Assembly (NCBI GenBank): GCA_964016885.1
Contig: OZ024741.1
Location: 142,414,001-142,478,000 of the forward strand
Length of the DNA: 64,000 nt
From: Eledone cirrhosa
Taxonomy: Eukaryota
Direction: 5' to 3'
In this document: positions 14,268 to 26,929 of the stretch, in pieces
Layout of the letters: every line of letters begins with the position of its first letter
How positions within the stretch are numbered: position 1 is the stretch's first letter
The notes under the pieces: model-generated
Seen by the model: the letters and a program-made list of their open reading frames with translations, nothing else
What the model was told of the DNA's origin: nothing
Databases searched by the model: none
Program-made: the position numbers and the translations under genes

Positions 14268-15990
14268 CATCACCATCACTGTTTAACGTCCATTTTCCAC
14301 GCAAGCATGAGTTAGACGAGTTGTCTCATTGAGAGACAAGCCAGTTCAGAAGACTATGCCTTGCTCATCGCCTTTGAGAGGTGCATTTGAGCAAGGTCAG
14401 CTTTTATCACCTCATCCCAAGTCTTCATACTCTATAGCTCTCATCAACTTTGAGCACTGTGAACTCTTCCTACATATTCACTTGTACATTGGTCACATAT
14501 AAAACCTATGTTCTTTGCTAGCCTGCCTGAGATCCCATAGTTTGCATTTGGGACATAGGATTGAATTTCTACCTACTCCTTTCCAAGTAAGGCCATTTCC
14601 CTGAGGGAATCTGGACCCTGTTTTCCTTTCTACATATTAGGACATTAGTCTTTGACAAGTTAACTTTAAGACTTTTTGATTCTGGGCTATGCTTCTAGGT
14701 TTGGAATTTCTTCTCTAATTCTGCCATAGATTCAGCTATAAGGGTTAGATCATCTGCATACAGATGTTTCTAGGGGCAGCCCATCGTAAACTCTTTTGTT
14801 ATAGTCTGCAGGTAGGTGTTCATCAGGGCTCAGTTGATAATAAACAGGAGAGGGCTAAGAACTGAGCCCTGGTGGACACCTACCTACATGCTAAATTCTT
14901 CACAATAGTCATTGTTAATTCTAACCTTGCTGACTGTTCCTCTAGACGGCTTGTACAGCCTTCACAAGCCACTCATCTACTCCTACTTTTCTAAGAGCCA
15001 CCAGATAAAGGAATGGAGGACTCTGCCAAAAGCTTTCTCTAGGTCAACAAATGCGAAGTGGGGGGATTTACTTTTAGCTAGATACTTCCCCTACAGTTGT
15101 CTTACAAGGAAGAGGGCATCCATGGTACTTTTACCTGGCACAAATCTAAACTGCATCTCATCTAGGCTAACTTGGTCCTTAATCAGCCTCTATAGTTTTC
15201 TCTGTCTAGAGCATCTCCTTTGCCCTTGTAGCAGTTGATGATGATGCTATGACACCAGTTTATATTACTTGGTTTACAATACGGGTGGCTATGGCATAAT
15301 CTACTATACAATACGGGTGGCTATGGCATAATCCACCATCCCAGATGCTTTCAACATCTCGGCAACTATCCCCGAAGGTCCAGCTACCTTACTTGTCTTC
15401 ATATCCTTGATTGCCTTACTTACTATACTACTGCTGACTTGTCCAGCTAGTCCCTCTGTTGGGTCAACTTGGGGGAAAATATCTTCTTCCGAGCATTCTC
15501 CTTATTCAATAGTCTTTCATAGTGGCACTTCCATGCTACCTTCTTTTGAGCGTCAGTGAGGGCAAGTATGCCATCGTCATATCGGACACATTTCTCCCCA
15601 TCAACATCATAATTTTCCTTGACACACTGCCTTGCAATTCTGAACACCTCACGTTGTAGAACATGCTTAAATGTTTTGTTTTGTTTTTATTTCTGCTTCC
15701 CTTCTTGCAAAGTATACTTGTCACCTAGCTTCTATCCTAGCATTCTGGTAGAGTTCTCTACTTCCTCATTCTACCATTCTTTCCATGCCTGTCTTTTGGC
15801 TTTGTCTCATCCACCCCTCTATTTCACCACCAAGTCACTCTCCTTTTCCCTAGAGACCTGCTCTAACCATTTGTCTCTCTACATTGTATGTATCTATTTG
15901 CTCTTCCTTACTGTCAAAAGTGTCAAGTAATATACATCTAAATTTGTTACTGGCTGATGAGTAACTTCCATATTTTTATCCTCCAGGTTT
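14268..15990 (-). mobile_element. Decayed RTE-clade LINE with (ATG)n-type 3' tail
   Basis: Minus strand: DLEKAFGRV, VGVHQGSVLSPLLF, YADDLTLIAES. 3' end GTGGAAAATGGACGTTAAAC(A)GTGATGGTGATG, a tail shared by many short copies in the window (e.g. about 5110, 50570, 53660, 58490, 61225, 63070). Confidence 0.8.
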
Positions 15991-16690
15991 TCCTCTGTCC
16001 ACTAGGTTATGTCGGGAGGTATATTCTTCCCCAGAGAGGGACTTTGTATTTACTGTTGGAAGATACATTCTTCGCCCATTTCTTTTACTATTTCTATTTA
16101 AACTTCACTAAAGTGATGTTTTGAAATTTAATATCAGTCTTAATTGCACTGATATTACGCCACCCACTCTCAAGTTTTAAGTTTTAAACTTAATTATAGA
16201 TTGGAATGTAAAATAAGAAAATAGATTTTAAAAGATAGAAAAGGAAGGGAAAGGCAAGGGCTCTAGTGTCACAGGATAATGGAGGGAGGGGGCCCCCACG
16301 GACAGAACCGCAAAAACATTCCTGCGAACAATGGCCAGCGACACCGCTGCAACACTCACCCCACCTCACAGGGCTCCTTCCTCAGATGGGCCACCGGTGT
16401 TCCAATCGTGCGGAGGAACTCAGCAGTACAGGGTCCAAGTATGCCTGAAGTCTTGATGGTGACTAATGTGAAGAGGAACCGGCTGGACAATCCCTTATTT
16501 GTTTATCTTCCTTTCCTCTGCATAGCGGGCCGTGGTAGCGGGGTTTATGATCGAAGTGACTAATTTAAAGGTGGAGAACGTGTCTATACATAGATTAATC
16601 CTATTGCCAATAATACACTCCTCCACTTTAGATACTTATCAATTTACGAGCAATGTCTCTTCAGATTATATCATTTGAATTTCATTATCA

Positions 16691-16732
16691 TTGGTCTACC
16701 AACTTTGGATATAACCTCCCGTTTTTTCACTA

Positions 16733-16771
<39 letters not shown>

Positions 16772-17182
16772 ATAGTAATAAACGAAAGATATATACTTTA
16801 TATCATCTATTTATTTTATTATATATATTTCGAAGATGTAAAGTTTTATGTATAACAAAGTAAAACATGTCCTCTTCAGACAAAATACATACGAGATGTA
16901 TAATTGATTCATGATATGCTGGTAGAAAAACAAGCTAGACAGATCGGTGTCCAGCTCGTTTGTCTACCAGCATATCATGAAAAAATTATACATCTCGTCT
17001 GTATTTTGCCCGAAGAGGACATGTTTTGCTTTATGTTATACATAAAACTTTACATCTTCGAAATATATATAATAAAATAAATAGAGATGATATAAAGTAT
17101 ATATCTTTCGTTTATTACTATTATATATATATATATATATATATAGGGGGGGGGGAGGCTATATCCAAAATTGGTAGACCAA
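16691..17182. mobile_element. Nested foldback/MITE: about 175-bp inverted arms, 6-nt loop, plus an outer 30-bp inverted pair
   Basis: About 16766-16941 is the reverse complement of 16948-17127 with few mismatches; 16691-16720 pairs with 17153-17182; (TA)n/(CA)n spacers. Confidence 0.85.
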
Positions 17183-18069
17183 CTAATGTTTGAAAGTTTC
17201 ATTCATATTGCCTCCCCAACTGCAGTTTCTAGGATTAAGAAACAATATTAATTATCCCAATAAATTAAGACAACCAATATTGGAACAAATTCCTTCATCA
17301 GAGAGGTTGTTTGGAAGTAGAAAATTATTCAATAGATCGTGTACGGCCCTTGTCCTTCTCGAAACAGCGTGGGATTTGAACTTAGAAAGAGCTGGAACAG
17401 ATATTGCTAAGCATTTTCCCGACACTATCGCTCCCGCCAATCCACTAATTTCTAATTTAAGCACAAGGCAAGTAATTTGGGGAGGGTGGGGTGGAAATTC
17501 ATTTAAATTGACCTCAGTACTTAACTGGTCCTTTATTTTATGGCCCGAGATTTGTTTTTCATCTCTTTCGAACCTCGTTGCTGCGGGTTGGGAACTATGG
17601 ACAATAGCACCAATGATGTTGTATGTCCATAAATCTCATCGGGAAAAAGGTGACGTGGGTGGATCCTGCAAACTTCGTTCAACCGTTACTCAGAAGCTGG
17701 CTACGAGCCACAGCTCACCTTCCTTCGTCATAAGGATGAAGCTGTTGGCCACTTAATAGGTTGTCACCAAAGTGACTAAGAAGGCCCATCTACCCTGGAT
17801 TTGAAATCAAAATAATGCTCTTAGACAGACAGCCATGCTAGGCTCTGACTACCAGGGCTTTGGGTTTTTTGGGTTTTTTTTACACAATATTGGATGGCCG
17901 TTGGCTCTATCGGTGTTGCTGGCTTAGTCACCGACGACCCGACTATATGAGTGGTTGTACTGGGTTACATGTTACTAGTAAAGAGATATAACTAAATACC
18001 GCAAAACATTTTGTTCGACACTCTACCGATTCTGCCAATTCACAGCCTTTTCATGACCCCAATAATTAT

Positions 18070-18275
18070 ACTTCGATTGATTGCTATCCTCCAAACTGTT
18101 TTGTCATGACCAACTAGTTCTACGTTCTTGTGATTAATGCAACACGTAATGAAGCTGTCGTCTTTAAAATACAACTTGAATGTTCCCCTTCGTGCTTCTT
18201 GCGAAAACCCATCGAAGGACAGCTGTTTGGGAATCTTGTCTTCCATCATAACTATTGCGATATTTCTGCAGAATA
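18070..18275 (-). mobile_element. RTE-BovB-like LINE 3' fragment
   Basis: MEDKIPKQLSF...LYFKDD...HDKTVWRIAI matches the RTE C-terminal R(L/I)PKQ..LR(F/Y)KD..DR..WR pattern. Confidence 0.6.
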
Positions 18276-19438
18276 TCCTCCTAGCCAATATAAATAAAGA
18301 CAATAATATAATGATTTCTAATTTAAGCAATTTTATGGGGAAAGTCGATTGTGTCGACCCAGTACTTGGCTGGTACTTTATTTTATCAACCTCTAAAGAA
18401 ACACCATTTCTATTTACAGAGGATTGACATCGAACCTGTCCGGTGCACTCGTTGCAACACGTAGATGTTGATTTTACCTTGTCATGAGATTTTAAGGATT
18501 TTAGTGAGGTAGTGTCAAGAGAAAGAATTTGATTTTTCGCGAGTCTTGAATAAGTAGTACATGACTCCGAAGTCCACAACTGACGTTTCATTCTGATTTG
18601 TAAAATGACACATTTTTAATAGTTTGTTCGATTGATAAATTACTGACGCGCCAGAATGTATTTGGGTGTGTATGTGTGTTATTATATCGGTCCATTAATA
18701 CAAAGTAGCCGTTCTAATTTGACAGTAGCTGGAAAACACAATTGACGTGAAAGACGAACGAAGTTATGGCGCCCACGAAATAAACAACTGAATCGCCCTA
18801 CTTGAAAGAGGTTGATAAATAATCTGTGTCATAATATATTGTAATTATTCGATATATAAATATAGATTGCGGGAGATTCTCTTAAATATCGCTTTGTACC
18901 TAGTTATATAGATTGCGTAGTATATGTAGATAGATGCATAACAGTCACGCATGTACGAATAAACAGCTCTACAACTGTCTATTTTATCGAGCAGTCTGTA
19001 CGAAACATTCGTGTATGGCAGGCAAGTGACTTAATCTGAGATAGTATGTGTTGAAACTAAAACAACTGCATTTCGAAAATAAGTAAATATATTAGTAGAG
19101 AACGAATTTCTAGAAAAATATTAGTATTTTCTTAGCTCACAAACAACGTTCATATTTGTAATTGTAATATAAATACATATTTTCTCAAATTCATATTGAT
19201 TTTCGACCAAGAAAATTAAAAACATTCGAAGAATCCTAAAAGAGAGAAGCAACTATTGGCTAAAACCATATAGAATTAAACCATGTGATAGATATTTATG
19301 TGCTCTCTGCTACGTCCGTATAATTTCAATTATTGGGATATAAATATTAATTTTTTGATTTAGAGTGTGTTAAACTTAAAGAAGCACGTGTAAAGTTTTC
19401 TATTTATTATAATCCTATAAGAACGTAGATTTTTTTAA

Positions 19439-19783
<345 letters not shown>

Positions 19784-19897
19784 GCAAAATGAGATGCACC
19801 ATTTCTCAGCTGGGTTTTAAATCTAACATCTATTTTTACCCACAATTCTTCCGAACCAAATAACGACGGAAACAAAACCCAGAAAATATACACAAAC

Positions 19898-19913
19898 GGC
19901 CCTTTTAAGGGCC
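19898..19913 (+). terminator. Histone 3' stem-loop (H4)
   Basis: GGCCCT-TTTA-AGGGCC preceded by CAAAC. Confidence 0.95.
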
Positions 19914-22900
19914 ACTACACCATCCAGTTGGTCTGACATTACCCAACTCTTTGATATGACCTTATTTAAATTTAATAATTTTGTAAATGGCAGTAAATTG
20001 ACATTATCGCGTGTGAAACCAAGCTTTTCTTTTAAATGTTCTAGTGTACAAAATGATCTTGTTAATGCACACCGTTGGAATATATTTCTCTTTTTTTAAT
20101 AGAAAATGTTTATACAAGTGCTGTAAACAACCCTCATCCCGTCTTTAACTGACCTAAAGCTTGTTTTTAACCCAAGAATTTATGAAATACATCGGATACG
20201 TGTTGCATTTACATATGTATATACACCATTTAACGGTTCTTGAAAAAAAAAGTTTAGTAGTCTTGGTTGATGTTTAAAAATTAGGTATGCCCGAAGTTTT
20301 ATGCAATTCATTCGCGGCGATTGTATTTGTTATGAATGATATATTTCTTAAGTCATTCACCATTCATGTTGGGTATCTGAAATCAAAGAACTACCTCTTG
20401 TTTTGAACTGTTGAATGTTACTATCTTGGGTTGAAGAAAACCCTCGATATTCGTGATACCCACCTACAGACAATAAGTGTAAATTGTCTCACCTTTTAAG
20501 AAAATACGTAAACATACAGTGGAAATGTCTTCTTTTTTTTGTGAATAAATCATTATTTTCTCTGTAAATCTGAATTGTATTTCTCTTTTCATGTTATGTA
20601 TTTCCTTTTTTAGAATGATTTGGTAGATTACGACTATGCTAGGCGACCATTTACAGTAGTTCATTATATTGACTCCAGTACACGAACATACCACTACATC
20701 ATACATAACGAGCGAACTTACGTCCATACTTGCACATTTTACTAATTTATCGTTATTCTAGGTTTTAGTGGGTCCTATCGAACCCCACCCTTTCCTCTAA
20801 CCAAATGTATTGTTTAGCGAACCAAAGTTTTTATTTTGTCTTCAAAGGGACACAACTGGTCAGTAGTAAACATACGTGTCGTGGGATCGATCTCTGAACT
20901 ACGTAGTTTGATGCGGACCACTCTGCAAGGCCTAGGCTTATTTTTTTTCTGAATGCATCGATGACAAAGAATTAGTTGTAAGAATGAACGCGTGTTGTAT
21001 ATATATATTATATGTGTGATTATAGGTATTATAAGGGTTAATTTGGAGCTTAATAATCTTGCTCATTATTACATTCAGATTACACTTTCTTCACGGGTGC
21101 AAAATCTAATTCCAATATATAATCCAATGTTTATACCATGTTTTTCTGTGCTTCACGGTTTGAATTTTAATTGCATTGTTTAGCCCCAGGTCTTATCTAG
21201 TACTTCATAAATATATTCTTTCATTGTCACTGTTTTAAGGGGGTAACAGTTTAAATGCCCATGTAAAAGTTTGCATTGTATAAAATGAATAGACTTAATT
21301 CGTCGTCCGTTTTAATACCACCCAAACTGGGGAAGTATTCGAGCCAGGTCTCCAGACAACTCACTGCTCCTTTCCATAAGTATCGGAGACCCAGAAAAAA
21401 ATTCATGAACGTTGTTAGATTCCCTTCCATTTCTAAACCATTGAGATACTTGTTGATTGCATAGAACAGTTCCTTGTTAAGAGGAATATTTGGCTGCTAT
21501 TTCTAACAGGTACTGTGGAGGACCTTTTAAACATTACATATAGTCGTAGTATGAGATAATGCTATGATGTTACTACTATCATTAGAGCATTGAGTAAAAT
21601 GCTTTTTGGTATTTTGTTCCAGCTCTTTGCTTTCACCCTTCCGGTGTCGATGATATTGACTTCCTCTTCCCCACGAATTGCTGGCGTTGTCTCAAAGCTT
21701 TATTTGTTATGCCTGGAGGAAAGGTCTTTCGCAAGGATCTGCCGTATAAATTTCAACTGCGTTGGGATTTTATCAGTCTGAAAGTAGCAAAATGCAGCAA
21801 TTTGGTCGCTGAACAAGAGTTTATTTAGTATGTATATTTGTAATGAAACAGTGGGATTTAGGAAGATATTGTTTGAAAACACTAAAAAGGTTTCTACTGT
21901 CAGTTGTTGCAAAGAGAAACATTTTTTTTAAAATAGCAAATTTTAGGAATAATATATTAATTTATTTCCCCTAATCTTACTTTCGTTTTCTATGTGGATA
22001 TTGCGTCACTTTCAGAAAAATAAAATAAAACGTTTAGTCAATAGAAATCATACGGAAGTAGTAGAGAGGGTGATGCAGCAAGGGCTCTCGGTGTCCGGCC
22101 TAAGACAAACCTTTTCACCCCACCGGTGTGAGTTGTCTTGTCAAGAGATATGTAATTATAAAGTTCAGGGGGCGGGGATTATAAAATCGGAGAAGATTTG
22201 AAAATGAAGCATAACTTCGTCACTAGATCTTACGTTAGACATATATAGTAAGAGTTAGTGGCGCTCTGGATAACACACAACCTGTCACTACAAATCTCTA
22301 TATAACTCTTTATAATTGAGGTTTGCTGCGATATGTGTGATCGATTTCGACTATTGACAGTCCCAGTTAATCTATGAAACTCCTGCTGTATAATGTAAAG
22401 TGGTTGAGTATTCTAGACATTTGTAACTCTATTCCTAAGGTTGACACCTGTAAAATATAGGTAGAATATATATGTAAATTCGTCTCGGCTGATGTGTCAG
22501 TTCCTCACACATGCTATATATCGGATACGTAGAAGATATACCATATGGTACGTGGGATTGTGTTGTCGGGCCTACTAATAATGTTTATGTGGTAAAGATG
22601 ATGATGATAATAATAATATAACGATGGTGAGTGGGCTGGAGAAGAAACTACAGGAAAACAATTTCCATGAGTTATTTCGTATTTTAAGTGCAGTGAATAT
22701 ATAGTGAAAGTAACTAACATCACAGATATTGTTATCGAAACGGCTTCGTCCCAAAGTGATCGCAATAAGCGGTTTCCACTGTATACAGCCCTGATTAAGC
22801 AATGCACAATTTCATTTACTGCATTGTAGTAAAGTTTCATTTAATATAACTAACCAGAATAGTCAATAAACCTACCGGGTGAGCTATATTTTATTATGCT

Positions 22901-24582
22901 TTTTTTTTTATCTAATTTCCACTAAGACCGAATACATTTTACCGAAGTAAACAGAATTAAAAGGAACGGTAACTCTTCTTCAACCCGTTTTTAATATATT
23001 TAACCCTTTAGTATTTAAACCGGCTGTATCCAGCCAGAATTCTGTAAATAGCCACTCGTACTGATGTTAAGGTATTATTCTCAAAATAACATTAAAATCT
23101 CATTCAATATTATGTGAGGTAAAGTGTTTACCACAAAATACAATAGTAAATATAGAGTAATGTTAAATGTCTTTCAAGAATTTCTTGCGAAACTATTTTG
23201 ACCATTTATTCACACTTGCCTAAATTGCATCAGCTTTATTTCCAGCTCAATTCTAATCCAGTAAACCTATGGTCAAAGGCGTTCAAGCTACGACCACCCC
23301 CTTTTTACAGAGTGTATTTAAAGATTATTACTATCCAATGCGATCCCAACTGATTGCCCTATAGTTAGGAAATCATTTCAAAAGATTACCCTTAGATAGC
23401 TTGATCAAATGTGTTCTCTCCATATTAGTGTTTATATATATAGCAAATGAGGTGGACGAAGTACATTGCAACTATAAAATATTTCATTCAATTTCGCTGG
23501 ATTCTTTGTAATTCACACACGAGATGAATATGTGGAAATATATCTGAAATAGCTAAAATAATACTTTCAACAGCCCCAAAATATTGCAATATATTGTTAG
23601 GTCTAAATTAAATCATTTCGAAAACTTTTGCACATTTCATTAACATCATTACAGCTGTTTGGGGGCGAAGACTTTACCACTATCTAAAAAACAAGCCTCA
23701 GAACCGTTTTGAAATTTAGTGTTAAAATAAACTATTTTCAAATAGACTTTTTTTCGTTTCAAAATTAAAATGTTAACTGTTCTGTTCTTTAAAAAACTGA
23801 TATGAAGTTATAACATAATATATATTAGTGGAATTTATGAAGAAAATAAAAAGCCACTACCAAACACAACCATATATAATGGTAATGAAAATGCGGTAGC
23901 AGTAAAAGTGATGACAGAATGCAGATGTAGTGGAATTGAGAGAACGGAACCGTACCAAGTTAACGAACTTGCAATATAGTTCCAATTTCTTTTCAAGGAG
24001 AATGGGACAAGAATACTATGGTTGCTGGAATACTTTGGAAAATAGTCATTATTAGTAGTAAATATCAGTAGATTAAAGTTATTTGTAAGAGATAACGGAA
24101 CTGGGCTAAATATAGTACCACGTCATTCAGTCTGTCAAAGAATGGGATTGAACGAAGGTGAGAATACAAAGCACCAAGGTATATTGGAGAGATTAGAAGA
24201 GGGCTGAATATGGTTGGCAAAGTCAATTTTTTCGCTCTCTTTACCAAAGTTGCTGGCTGATTTTCTTTATTGTTTATGGTATCCAAATAACAAATATACC
24301 GACATGTGGATAGATTATGTGTGTGTGTAATTTAAACAAGAAATAGGACAGCAGATAACATCTAATTGTAGTGATATTTGTGAGGAAATTATGTTAAGTA
24401 AAAATATGATCGGCTTTAAATGATTGTGGGTTTAAATATACTTATAAGTTGGGGTTTTTTTTTGTATTTTTAAATAAAATTTTAAACATTCTGAATTATA
24501 TTGAAATCTGTATATTGTGTGTGCGCGCATAGATGTAAGAATAGGGAAACAAATGTCAATATATGTAAGTAAAGCTTCAGTT

Positions 24583-24588
24583 TTTATT
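24583..24588 (-). terminator. Candidate polyadenylation signal for H2B
   Basis: AATAAA on the - strand about 265 nt after the H2B stop; ATTAAA also at 24726-24731. Confidence 0.4.
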
Positions 24589-24852
24589 TACTCATCTTTT
24601 AGATATTTATAAACCAAATAAATACATTGTAAATCTGCTTGTCAATGTAAATGGGTGTCATGTATGCAGCTGTTTATAAAAACACACAAGATTCTGGTAT
24701 TTGCTATGGTATTAATGTAATGTGATTTAATTACACGACTTGTTTTGTTCGATGGATCGTTGAAGTTGGGAAATATGAAAGTACATCAATGTATGTATGT
24801 ATATATGATAGCTGTAGTCCTTGTAGGGTGAGTGAGGAAGGGTCAGATGGTC

Positions 24853-25221
24853 TCATTTACTGCTGGTATATTTAGTGACGGCCTTGGTTCCTTCTGATAC
24901 AGCGTGTTTGGCCAATTCCCCCGGCAACAAGAGACGAACTGCCGTCTGCACCTCACGACTACTAATAGTCGATCGTTTGTTATAGTGGGCTAGACGGCTG
25001 GATTCTGCGGCGATTCTCTCAAACAGGTCGTTGACGAAGCTATTCATGATGGACATGGCCTTGCTTGAGATACCCGTGTCGGGGTGTACCTGCTTCAACA
25101 CTTTATATATGTAGATAGAATAACTCTCCTTCCTCTTCCTTTTCCTCTTCTTGTCGCCGCTGCGGGCCGGTTTCGGTTTGGCAGCTTTCTTAGCCCCTTT
25201 AGCACTCACTTTGGGTGGCAT
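24853..25221 (-). CDS. H2B: Histone H2B, slightly divergent, no 3' stem-loop seen
   Basis: 122-aa ORF with [26 protein letters not shown]...AVTKYTSSK; TATAAAT (about 25357) and CCAAT (about 25438) upstream on the - strand. Confidence 0.99.
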   Translation of the reverse strand: MPPKVSAKGAKKAAKPKPARSGDKKRKRKRKESYSIYIYKVLKQVHPDTGISSKAMSIMNSFVNDLFERIAAESSRLAHYNKRSTISSREVQTAVRLLLPGELAKHAVSEGTKAVTKYTSSK

Positions 25222-26929
25222 GGTTCAAAATAGAACAACAGTGGTGGTAGTTTGTATGTCGACGAGGACAATAGTGGTAGCAAGAATAAAAACCGAAAGA
25301 ATTTCGAGGAGAAAGAAAAATTGTTAAAACAACGGTTGTAACAATGCGTCTGATTTATATTTATATGAAAAGAGTAGGCTCCAGAGCGCGTGTTAAAGCG
25401 AGTCTAGAGAGCCGACTTTGCTTTAATGCAATTCAATTGGCTATAATTCGAAGCTGTCTCAAATCCAACTAATCAAAATGGCATGTCTATTTTTGTTTGC
25501 CTTGTTCCATCTCATGGCTTTTCATTAGATAAAACTGCTTTTCAACTTCTGACTGCTTCTCTCTCTCATTCTGATCATAAAAAAAGAAAAGGAAGAAAAT
25601 TGTTCTAATTTTTATTAATGAATACTTTAATTATTTATTCCTAGATTTAGTTCAAGCTATTTTGATTTTATGTTAATCTGAAACAAATGCTTAGTGATAA
25701 GAAACTGCCAGGAGAGTTAGTCAGCAGAAGGTCTTCAGAGAAGAAACCTTGCCTAAAGCAAGCGTTTCGGCCCTTAGTGATTTAGAAGTGTTTGCTCGTA
25801 TGTTATATCCGCGATTGAGTTTTGAAATAAAATCGTAACGATTTTTTCTTTTTTTTTATGCGGTATTGTATAGTTAAAACATATTTTGAGAAACACACAC
25901 ACACACAAAGAAAATATTGTCAGTTGCATATTCCGAAATGAAAAAGAGAGAGGAGGGTGAAAAAAATAGAAATTTTGAAAAAAAAAATTTTTTTTTTGTA
26001 CAGAATCTTTGATAATATTCGGAATGAAGTAATTATTGATAAATAACGATGGAGGTGATGTATTTATTCCAAAGTTCAGCTAGTCCGTACATGTAATATA
26101 TTAAATTCTTTTTAAATTCTAACCTACATTTTTGTTTTGGTTTCTGGAAAAATGAGATGTTGGCGTTTGTGACTTTCGCTTGTGCGTAAATGAATGAATT
26201 AACTTCAAACAGAAATCTAACCTATCTCGCAAACTCCATTAGACGGGGTAGATTTCCAACTAACCAAAATAGTTGATATAGAAATTTGGTCTGATTGCGT
26301 CTAAAGGACGAGTCGTGAAAGCTAACAGACTGGGTTGCGAGAAAAGACAAAATAAAGGACAAGATGGATGAGATACATTTCCCAGCAATTAAAGATCAGT
26401 ATCTCAAAACCGACAAAGAAGGCCTTTAGCCAGCAGTGGGGAAATCGATGGCTGATTTGATTGATTGATGGTTGAGCCGAAAATATAGGCTTCGTTCTAC
26501 TATAAACAAAGAAAGAGGGATTAAAAAGTTGTAACGTACATTACATTCCTATGCGTATTGACAACGCAAGTGAAGTGAATTTACTTATATAGGATAGAAA
26601 GCATATCGTGACCTCAGTTTATAAGGTATTTGACTCATGTTTTACAGGTTCAATGAAATGTTCCTATAAATCAGGAGTCTCAAACACTCGACCCGCAAAC
26701 TACCTTTCTATGACCCGCGCAGAACAAATATGAAACGGAAAATGTCCCCTTACATTCACACATGCCACTTACTATCATATTCATTTTGATGAAACAATAA
26801 ATATCACGCCTTTCCTAACTGGTCTTTTGAGTACTTGAGGCCCTTGCTATAAATCCTCCTGGATATGCAAATTATGTTCACAGCATGGCTGCAAGCCAAT
26901 GGCTGGGATCAGTAAAAGAATAATAGAAT

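Noticed and set aside
17190-17756. 188-aa ORF
   Set aside because: Crosses a SINE copy and shows no protein motif.
18040-18591. 183-aa minus-strand ORF divergent from H4
   Set aside because: A chimera running through SINE and RTE fragments; the unique N-terminal part is unrecognisable.
23860-24290. Kinase-like (AVAVKV), GHKL-like (VRDNGTG) or GPCR-like snippets
   Set aside because: Short, mutually incompatible motifs interrupted by stops; not supportable without a search.
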